The notes beneath the pieces are model-generated. The model was given only the letters and a program-made list of their open reading frames with translations, made no database searches and was not told the origin of the DNA. Below, one piece after another: positions 57,424-64,000 of a stretch of DNA of 64,000 nt; position 1 is the stretch's first letter; each line of letters begins with the position of its first letter. The stretch is from a virus. Made by a program: the position numbers and the translations under genes. The stretch spans positions 79,013 to 143,012 of the IMG/VR virus record IMGVR_UViG_3300012953_000015. One strand, written 5' to 3'.

Positions 57424-58101
57424 ATGGAATCTTTAGAAAGAAAAATAATATCTGAAATTAGAAAATCTCTTGGTAAAGAAGTGAATGAAAACTATGTCAC
57501 ACAAGCCAAGAAATACGATTTAAATACTGAGCTTTTAGGAGAAAAGTCCAAAGCAGCTCATCAAAAAATACTAGAAGCTCATGTAGAGAAATTGAATGAA
57601 ATTTCTGCTTTTTTAGATTCCGCGGAAAGAGACTTAGCGGACGTTAATAATTCTAAGATAAGATCTTTAAAGCAAGATGAAGTTTATAATTTGAATGCTT
57701 CTTTTTTACATGCTTTTTATTTCGAAAACATTGGTGACACTAACTCAGTTATTAGCATGGATTCTTTGTCTTTTATGCGTCTAGAAAGAGATTTTGGTTC
57801 ATTTGATGCTTGGCAAAAAGACTTTATAGCGTGTGCTCTAAGCTCTAGGAGTGGTTGGGCAGTAACAGTATATAATTTCTTTTTAAATCGCTACATGAAC
57901 ATCTGCGTAGATTTACACAGTAGTCATGTTCCTATCGGATGCTACCCGATAATTGTTTTAGATTGTTGGGAACACGCTTATTATAAAGACTATGTCGATA
58001 ATATTAAGTCTTACGTTTTCGCTATGATGAAAGAGCTTAAATGGTCAACTATAGAATCTAGGATTAAAAAAGTCGAATCAATGGTTAAGGTTTCAAAATG
58101 A
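57424..58101 (+). CDS. Fe/Mn superoxide dismutase with N-terminal extension
   Basis: AHQKI, LHAFYFENI, DFGSFDAW, SGW, signature DCWEHAYY. Confidence 0.85.
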   Translation: MESLERKIISEIRKSLGKEVNENYVTQAKKYDLNTELLGEKSKAAHQKILEAHVEKLNEISAFLDSAERDLADVNNSKIRSLKQDEVYNLNASFLHAFYFENIGDTNSVISMDSLSFMRLERDFGSFDAWQKDFIACALSSRSGWAVTVYNFFLNRYMNICVDLHSSHVPIGCYPIIVLDCWEHAYYKDYVDNIKSYVFAMMKELKWSTIESRIKKVESMVKVSK

Positions 58102-58739
58102 ATAGGGATGATATAAAAGAATTTCTTGAACTAGCAGCTGGTTATGCAAAAAGTAGCAGGATGTTGGCTGAAGCAGAAGAAGATGAAGATGATCTTTTCG
58201 CCGATGATGATGAAGAGGGCGGCGATGAAGAAGAAGACAAAGAAGGTGATGAAGGCGAAGGCGAAGGCGAAGAAGAGGAAGAGGAAGAGGAAGTTAAAGT
58301 CACTAAAGACGATGAAGTAGAACTTTCTAAAAGCCTCGACGATTCTTTGAATGCTATTTTTGTTGACATAGAATCTGATGCTTTAAAAAGTGCAGTAGTC
58401 CAGCAAGATGAAAATATTAGAAGATACTCTTTAAAAACAGCGCTCCTAAACGAAGACTTAGCAACTGAAGATTCTATCGATTTAGAAAAGTTTTCGGCAG
58501 AAACTGCGAGACTAATTAAGAATTCTGATGTTTTATTAGACGTTCCCTCAATTATACTCTCTAAAGCGAGGGATTATCTAGTTAGCAAATATCAACCAGA
58601 AGTTGAGAAGAAGTTTTTAGATATTATGCAGACTAGGTTTAACGTAGATTCTAGATCTGAAGAAGAAAAGCAGGATGCTTCTGACGAGATTAAAGCTCCA
58701 ATCGCTATCGGAGCAGGTGGGGAAGGTGGCGGAGGTTGA
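58098..58739 (+). CDS. Highly acidic hypothetical protein
   Basis: Long D/E tract; coupled overlaps with both neighbours. Confidence 0.7.
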   Translation: MNRDDIKEFLELAAGYAKSSRMLAEAEEDEDDLFADDDEEGGDEEEDKEGDEGEGEGEEEEEEEEVKVTKDDEVELSKSLDDSLNAIFVDIESDALKSAVVQQDENIRRYSLKTALLNEDLATEDSIDLEKFSAETARLIKNSDVLLDVPSIILSKARDYLVSKYQPEVEKKFLDIMQTRFNVDSRSEEEKQDASDEIKAPIAIGAGGEGGGG

Positions 58740-58999
58740 ATAGAAAATCTGTGCATATTAACCTAAATGAAGGAGTTCATACAGAATTTAGGATACTTGC
58801 TTTTCAAAACAAGCTATCTATGCAGGAAATAATATCTTCGTTAGTCACTAAATTAGTTGATAAAGATCCTTACCTAGAGTCTTTAGTAAAAGAATTAAAA
58901 AATAACAAAAAATCCAAAGAATTAGAAAGTTTGACCAATATAGAATCTTTCGATGTCTTTGATGAAATCAACAAACAATCTCCTTTCGATAAAAAATAA
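58736..58999 (+). CDS. Ribbon-helix-helix-like DNA-binding protein
   Basis: SVHINL strand then VHTEFRILA...LSMQEIISSLV helices. Confidence 0.55.
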   Translation: MNRKSVHINLNEGVHTEFRILAFQNKLSMQEIISSLVTKLVDKDPYLESLVKELKNNKKSKELESLTNIESFDVFDEINKQSPFDKK

Positions 59000-59042
59000 A
59001 ACTGTTTAGAATAGATCCATAGTTATTGCTAGGAGGTTTATT

Positions 59043-59243
59043 ATGACACAAATGGCAAAGGCTTTCGCTGACAAGCATCTCGAGAGGTTTATTTCTAGAA
59101 AATTTTTAGCGTGGATTACAGCTACGACTCTTTGTTTTGTTGGAACTGTAACAAGCGGAGATTGGGTTGCAGTAACTTTGGCCTATATTGGTTCACAAGC
59201 CCTGGTAGATTTAGCTGTACAATGGAAGCATGGTAAGAAATAG
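59043..59243 (+). CDS. Putative holin
   Basis: 66 aa, ISRKFL followed by two hydrophobic segments, basic C-terminus; AGGAGG SD. Confidence 0.55.
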   Translation: MTQMAKAFADKHLERFISRKFLAWITATTLCFVGTVTSGDWVAVTLAYIGSQALVDLAVQWKHGKK

Positions 59244-59244
59244 A

Positions 59245-59604
59245 ATGGAAACACTTAAAAAATATTGGAAATTTTTAGTAGGTGGTTTAGTAACTTTGTT
59301 TAGTGTTTTGCTCCTGTTCAGGAAGAAAGATGATGTTCCTGAAGTTATAGAAAAAACGACTGAAAGCGGAAACAGCGCTTTTAAAAATATACTCAAGAAA
59401 AATTCTGAAGCTAAAGAAGATCTTCAAAAACTAGATTTAGATCATAAAGAAAAAATTCAAAAAATTGAAAAAATATATCAAGAAAATAAAGTTAGAATGA
59501 ACTCTCATTTAAGAAGAAAGATTAAAAAAGCTATTGAAAGCGGAGATGAAAAAAGGGCAACTCAACTTTTGTCTAATCTTACTGGAATTAAAAATCTAGA
59601 TTAA
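59245..59604 (+). CDS. N-terminally anchored coiled-coil membrane protein (i-spanin-like)
   Basis: KKYWK-FLVGGLVTLFSVLLLF-RKK then coiled coil; follows the holin-like gene. Confidence 0.5.
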   Translation: METLKKYWKFLVGGLVTLFSVLLLFRKKDDVPEVIEKTTESGNSAFKNILKKNSEAKEDLQKLDLDHKEKIQKIEKIYQENKVRMNSHLRRKIKKAIESGDEKRATQLLSNLTGIKNLD

Positions 59605-59633
59605 CTTTTTCGAAAAAAATATATTATTCTAGT

Positions 59634-60077
59634 ATGCTTAAAAAAATAATTTCTATTATAGTTTTATTGTGTTTTCTACCTGCTACAATATATGCTGAAG
59701 AAGCTGTCATGAAGACACTAGAAGAAGGGCAGAAAGCTCCTTTCAGTGGAACTTTGTTGAATAAAACAGCTGTCGCTGATTTGATGATTAAACTTAATTC
59801 TTCTGAAAAAGAATTCCAGTTAAGGTTGAAGAAAGAAGTCGATATCAAAGAAGCAAGTTTTAATTTCCAGCTAGAAAAATTAAAAATAGCTCACAGTTTC
59901 GAGATTGAAGTTTATAAATCACAAGTTCAATTTTTAAACGAGCAAGTAGATCTTTCAGTCAAACAACTAAAAAAGAATAGTTTTAACTCTGATCTCTGGT
60001 TTGCTGGAGGTTTTATAGCTGGAGCTTTGCTAGTTTTAGGGATAAGTTATATTACAATTAAAATTGGTAATGAGTAA
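59634..60077 (+). CDS. Exported coiled-coil protein with C-terminal transmembrane helix
   Basis: Signal peptide MLKKIISIIVLLCFLPATIYA; C-terminal WFAGGFIAGALLVLGISYI. Confidence 0.6.
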   Translation: MLKKIISIIVLLCFLPATIYAEEAVMKTLEEGQKAPFSGTLLNKTAVADLMIKLNSSEKEFQLRLKKEVDIKEASFNFQLEKLKIAHSFEIEVYKSQVQFLNEQVDLSVKQLKKNSFNSDLWFAGGFIAGALLVLGISYITIKIGNE

Positions 60078-60116
60078 ATTAATAGAGCATGTTCATAATT
60101 AATACGGGGGTGTAGT

Positions 60117-61253
60117 ATGAAATATAATAAATTACGTCAATATATAGAGTCGATTCTTTTTGAAACCACTTACCTTGCAAGATCAACAGAAGATTACAGG
60201 GCAGGTCAATTTAGCGATAAAAAGAAAGAGCTTCCTTTAGAGCCTGATGATCACGTTTCGTTAAACTCAGTTGTTTCTAGGCCTCCCGTAGAAGATGACA
60301 ACTATTCTCCTAAGACGCCTTCGGATCTATCTGCTGCAGTTAGAGCTCTTTCTGATTTGATGGATAATGATGAAATCGCGGCTGCTTATGCAGAGATAAA
60401 AAATGTCTTAAAGCCAGGAAACATTGAAGAGAACAGGCTTTTTGAAATAGATTTTGAAGATTTAGAATCTCTTGACACCAGCGATATTCCGGATGACATT
60501 AAAAAAGATTTTGAAGATCAACCTAGCAAAAGCAAATCTAATTCTTTTCAAGCTTCTAAATCTTCCGGTGAAGCTAGTTTACAAGACGTTATAGATTCTG
60601 GAATTCTTCCAGATGATGTCAAATCGATTTCGGGTGCAAAATCTTATGAAGGAAAAGCAAAAAGAAGCTTAGCTATGAGATCTGTTTTTGGATCAGCAGA
60701 AATAGAGAAAGCGCAGAGATGGGCATTAGATATTTGGGTTGGCGCTTTAAAAGCAGACAACAGGATTGACGATGAGCAAGCTAAAGGGTTCTTACAGAAT
60801 GCTCGCGGTGCAATGGATGCCCCGGGGTTCAAATCATTTTTTGAATTAGGTTTTTTCTCTCCAGCGGTAAAACCCTTAAGGAACGCTAGGAATAAAGAGT
60901 TAAAAAAAGAAATGTCATCAATAAACGTACCTCCTCAATTAGAAAACATGATTTTTAGTCAAACTGTTGGACTTTCCCCTTTTAACGAGAGGAAAATTAG
61001 ATTAAAATTAAATAAAGAATTTCCCGATATGAATTTGAACGAAATGGATGAAGAAGTACAAAAAATGAAGAATTTCGTTAAAGGAAATATGAAAAAGTAT
61101 CAGCAAGATTATTTCAAAGGAGTTGATTTGTTGTCCGCTGTTAAACAAGCTTGGAACAAAAAGTCTGTTGATGAAAAAATCGATGTAACTTATGCAGCAA
61201 TGGATGATACAGTTGATTTTGAAGAAAAGGCTCAAAAATCAGGTCTAAGATGA
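60117..61253 (+). CDS. Hypothetical protein, possible virion protein
   Basis: N-terminal LRQYIESILFE; ATAATTAA at 60095. Confidence 0.7.
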   Translation: MKYNKLRQYIESILFETTYLARSTEDYRAGQFSDKKKELPLEPDDHVSLNSVVSRPPVEDDNYSPKTPSDLSAAVRALSDLMDNDEIAAAYAEIKNVLKPGNIEENRLFEIDFEDLESLDTSDIPDDIKKDFEDQPSKSKSNSFQASKSSGEASLQDVIDSGILPDDVKSISGAKSYEGKAKRSLAMRSVFGSAEIEKAQRWALDIWVGALKADNRIDDEQAKGFLQNARGAMDAPGFKSFFELGFFSPAVKPLRNARNKELKKEMSSINVPPQLENMIFSQTVGLSPFNERKIRLKLNKEFPDMNLNEMDEEVQKMKNFVKGNMKKYQQDYFKGVDLLSAVKQAWNKKSVDEKIDVTYAAMDDTVDFEEKAQKSGLR

Positions 61254-61624
61254 AATTATCAGCATTAATGAATCAAAATTCAAGTTTTCTCGAGAAGCCT
61301 TCTTTTTTAAATGAATCTATAAGAGAGAAAACTAGAGAAACGCCAATAAAAGTTAGTTATAATCCGACTTGGAAAAAAGAAAAAGAAAAATTTAATAAGT
61401 CCTTTTCTTTTAGTTCAAGAGAAGAATTAAAATCTTTCTGCAATTATGTTCTTGACTTCGAAGTTAATTCTGGAATGCTGTTTGATATGCGTGTATATTC
61501 TAGAAAAAACAGCGTAGATTTGTCTCTATCTTCCTTCCAGTTTGGAAATAAAACAAAGCGCGCTTTATCCAAAATAGATTCAATCAGTAAAGATATTAAA
61601 GAGAGTTTTAAAAAATATGAATAA
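61250..61624 (+). CDS. Pterin-4a-carbinolamine dehydratase-like fold, degenerate
   Basis: W...FNKSFSFSS...KSFCNYVLDFE...VDLSL...ID pattern resembles PCD; the HHP motif is absent. Confidence 0.4.
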   Translation: MKLSALMNQNSSFLEKPSFLNESIREKTRETPIKVSYNPTWKKEKEKFNKSFSFSSREELKSFCNYVLDFEVNSGMLFDMRVYSRKNSVDLSLSSFQFGNKTKRALSKIDSISKDIKESFKKYE

Positions 61625-61988
61625 TCATGTTGATAACGAATTCAATAGAATACTTTCTAATCCTGAAAACGAGATAATATCTGAATCTTTAAAAGAGAAA
61701 CTTAAACCCCAAAAACAGCAAAGCGGATTTATGTTTACTTTTGAAGGCGATCTTTATGAATCTTATTTAGATTCATTTTCTAGAGATAAAGATTTTTTTT
61801 CTATATCTCTAGTTGTTTCTAACGAGGTTGTCTTTAAGATTTTATCTGAAGAAGATTTTGTTTTATCAAGTAAAATGATTGAATTTTCGATTTCGAGTTC
61901 TGACATGCATGAAATAAGTTCTTTTAAAATTGATGGAAATAGTTATATTTTAAATATTGTAGTTTGCAACGAGGATAAAAATAAATGA
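61617..61988 (+). CDS. Hypothetical protein
   Basis: Coupled ORF in the operon. Confidence 0.6.
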   Translation: MNNHVDNEFNRILSNPENEIISESLKEKLKPQKQQSGFMFTFEGDLYESYLDSFSRDKDFFSISLVVSNEVVFKILSEEDFVLSSKMIEFSISSSDMHEISSFKIDGNSYILNIVVCNEDKNK

Positions 61989-62806
61989 TCGATCAAAAAT
62001 TGATACAAGAATCCGTTCTTCTTTCTTGCAAGAATTTATTAAAAGAAATGAATGATGTGGCTGATCAAGAAAAAGAAAAGCAAGAAGATATCGCTAAAGG
62101 GATAGATAAAGCTGGATCTAGAAAACCAAAATCTGTGAAAGATTCAGATAAAAATAATCCTGAAGTAGACGAAGAAGAAAAATCTATTTTAAAAGGTGAA
62201 GAAGAAGAAGATAAAGAAAGCGATAAGTTTTCGTATGATGCTCCTAAATCTGTTCCTAAAAATGTCAAATTCCAAGATATAGTAGACCAGTTAAATTCGG
62301 TTAGATCTGGAGCTAGTTTAAAAGATGACGAAGTTAAAAAAGGTTTACTTCAATATTATGAAAATTTAGAAAGTGATGAAAAGAAAGATCTTTTTTCTAT
62401 GTTATCTGGTTTTGCTACTATTATGAATAAAGCTGGAGATCCTGAAAACGCTTTGAATCCTAGCGATGCTGACGAGAAAGATCAGCCGCAAAAACAAAAA
62501 TTGGCTAAATTATCTAATAAAAAAGGGTCTGAATCTTCCCCGATAGTTGTAGGAGAAGTAGCTAATAAATTTAGTGAGTACGCTCTTGTAGCTGAATCTA
62601 ATGATAAGAAACACCGGTGTGTCAGTGGTAAACTAGTTGCTTTTGGCTCAGATAGATCAGTCACTGATATAAACTCTAGGATTGAAGATGCTTTAGATTC
62701 TAGGGACAATTGTTCTAGAGGGACAGAAAAAAGATCTCATTATAACGGGTTGCTTAAATATTTGAGGATGCAATTGAGGGCAGCTCAAAAAATAAATGGG
62801 AAATAA
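61985..62806 (+). CDS. Hypothetical protein
   Basis: 273-aa charged ORF with GAGG SD. Confidence 0.7.
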   Translation: MIDQKLIQESVLLSCKNLLKEMNDVADQEKEKQEDIAKGIDKAGSRKPKSVKDSDKNNPEVDEEEKSILKGEEEEDKESDKFSYDAPKSVPKNVKFQDIVDQLNSVRSGASLKDDEVKKGLLQYYENLESDEKKDLFSMLSGFATIMNKAGDPENALNPSDADEKDQPQKQKLAKLSNKKGSESSPIVVGEVANKFSEYALVAESNDKKHRCVSGKLVAFGSDRSVTDINSRIEDALDSRDNCSRGTEKRSHYNGLLKYLRMQLRAAQKINGK

Positions 62807-63380
62807 TTTTCTTGATTTAGTTTTAAACTCTCTAGAAAATAGGGAACAAGTAAAATACTATATAAGCGGTCAAAAGCTTAAATTAGAATACAAAGATAAT
62901 AAATACTGTATTTCTAGTCAGAATAAAAAGACTCAAGTTTCAATTAAAAAACAATATAAAAATTCTCTTATCGCTGTTTTGTTTTGTTTGAAAATGCCCA
63001 CTTTAAACCCAAGATCCATTGTCGTGAATTTTATTCTAAACAACGAATTAAGAGCGATTCAAGTAACTGATATTTTTTCTAGAAACAGGATTGTAAAAAC
63101 AGAAAAGATTACCAAAAGTTACTTAAAAAACTTTCCAGTTGTAGAGTACGGAAATATTACTTTGTTTTCTAGAATAGCTGATTTTAATTATGAATATTTC
63201 AATAAATTGGATTTTAACGAAATATGCGACAAAGATACTATTAATAGTGTTTTATGCGATGTTCTTTTTGACAAATGCAAATACGTTTCAGAAAGAAAAG
63301 TTTTCAAAGCAAATTTAGCCGAGATAGGTGATAAATATAAAATTGGAAATTCTGATGGAAGAATACACAGAGTATATTGA
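62796..63380 (+). CDS. Hypothetical protein
   Basis: 194-aa ORF overlapping neighbours. Confidence 0.55.
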   Translation: MGNNFLDLVLNSLENREQVKYYISGQKLKLEYKDNKYCISSQNKKTQVSIKKQYKNSLIAVLFCLKMPTLNPRSIVVNFILNNELRAIQVTDIFSRNRIVKTEKITKSYLKNFPVVEYGNITLFSRIADFNYEYFNKLDFNEICDKDTINSVLCDVLFDKCKYVSERKVFKANLAEIGDKYKIGNSDGRIHRVY

Positions 63381-63594
63381 TTTTGCTTCAAAAGTACTTA
63401 GGGAAAACAGCGAATGGATGAACTTTAAGAAAATAATGCTTCAAACTATTCCTCCGAGAATGAGAAAAAAGTTTAGCACTAGGCATCCAAAAACTAAGAA
63501 ACAGTCCTTAAATGAGTTTGAGAAGAGAATGATAGATATTTATTTTAGTAAGACAGGCATAAAGCTTACATTGGGAGAAAAAAATGAACGATGA
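63355..63594 (+). CDS. Hypothetical protein
   Basis: ATG at 63355, overlaps the next start. Confidence 0.55.
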   Translation: MEEYTEYIDFASKVLRENSEWMNFKKIMLQTIPPRMRKKFSTRHPKTKKQSLNEFEKRMIDIYFSKTGIKLTLGEKNER

Positions 63595-64000
63595 AATGAT
63601 TGCAAAGATCTTTATCAAAGAATCGACACAAACTTTAAATGAATATAATATTCCAGTAATTTCCAATAGCGAAGCTTACAGCGCTTTTATAGAACCATTT
63701 GTCAATGTTTTTAAAGTCGCTAAAATGGCTTTTAAAGATATTGGGGTTGGTTTGCTTTATAACTTGAGGCTTTTATTTACTTTTGATGTTACAAAGAGAA
63801 AGAGACTACTTGAAGGATACGAACAAAAGATGGATCTCTATTCTCAAGAATGGAAATCTACAATGGATTCACTAGGTACTACTGCAGACGAAAAAATGGT
63901 TTTGTTTTTAGCTAATCCGCTAGGAGTCGTCGGATTAGCTGCAGCCAAAGCTGGGGTAGAAGTAGGAGAGTTCGTTAATGACACTTTTAGAGAGCAGAGA
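63584..64000 (+). CDS. Hypothetical protein, 3'-truncated by window edge (not in supplied ORF track)
   Basis: GGAG SD, ATG 63584, open to the end (MNDEMIAKIFIKESTQTLNE...). Confidence 0.75.
   Translation, partial: MNDEMIAKIFIKESTQTLNEYNIPVISNSEAYSAFIEPFVNVFKVAKMAFKDIGVGLLYNLRLLFTFDVTKRKRLLEGYEQKMDLYSQEWKSTMDSLGTTADEKMVLFLANPLGVVGLAAAKAGVEVGEFVNDTFREQR

Noticed and set aside
1112-62709. Numerous minus-strand and nested alternative-frame ORFs in the track (e.g. 6487-7194, 9745-10266, 15910-16479)
   Set aside because: They lie inside or largely overlap longer, well-supported + strand genes and show no recognisable motifs; they are shadows of codon bias.
1-64000. Stop-codon reassignment as in some large phages
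   Set aside because: Conserved genes are full length in code 11, and TAA, TAG and TGA all terminate genes at expected ends.
1-64000. tRNA genes or CRISPR arrays
   Set aside because: Intergenic gaps are nearly all under about 130 nt and show no cloverleaf or spaced direct repeats.

Overview
Internal fragment of a large, AT-rich myovirus (jumbo-phage-like) genome. Standard genetic code; all credible genes are on the + strand. Gene order: (1) 1-17.7 kb, contractile tail module (5'-truncated sheath with three inserted repeats, tube, chaperone pair with a candidate programmed frameshift, tape measure, baseplate proteins). (2) 17.7-29 kb, replication and recombination (stand-alone PolA polymerase domain, degenerate DnaQ-like protein, gp32-like SSB, RecA, 5'-3' exonuclease, DnaB-like helicase, class II RNR, ClpP). 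(3) 29.3-40.1 kb, a 15-gene sugar-nucleotide/glycan cluster including split HldE and a glutaminase-less PurF domain. (4) Fpg, a J-domain protein, a glycosyltransferase and DnaE. (5) 46.4-53.6 kb, the best candidate for a new system: a tightly coupled cytosine-hypermodification operon containing a dCMP-type thymidylate-synthase homologue, DUF6378-like protein, dUTPase, HAD-kinase fusion, cytidylyltransferase, T4 alpha-glucosyltransferase homologue, C5-methyltransferase-like enzyme with a degenerate SAM motif, NDP-sugar epimerase and thymidine kinase. (6) 53.6-64 kb, DHH phosphoesterase, dCMP deaminase, Fe/Mn SOD, a possible lysis cassette and many probable virion proteins. Two recurrent promoter-like motifs are visible, often abutting start codons. 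All family calls come from motif recognition by eye; no searches were run. No tRNA, rRNA, CRISPR array, intron or intein was recognised.
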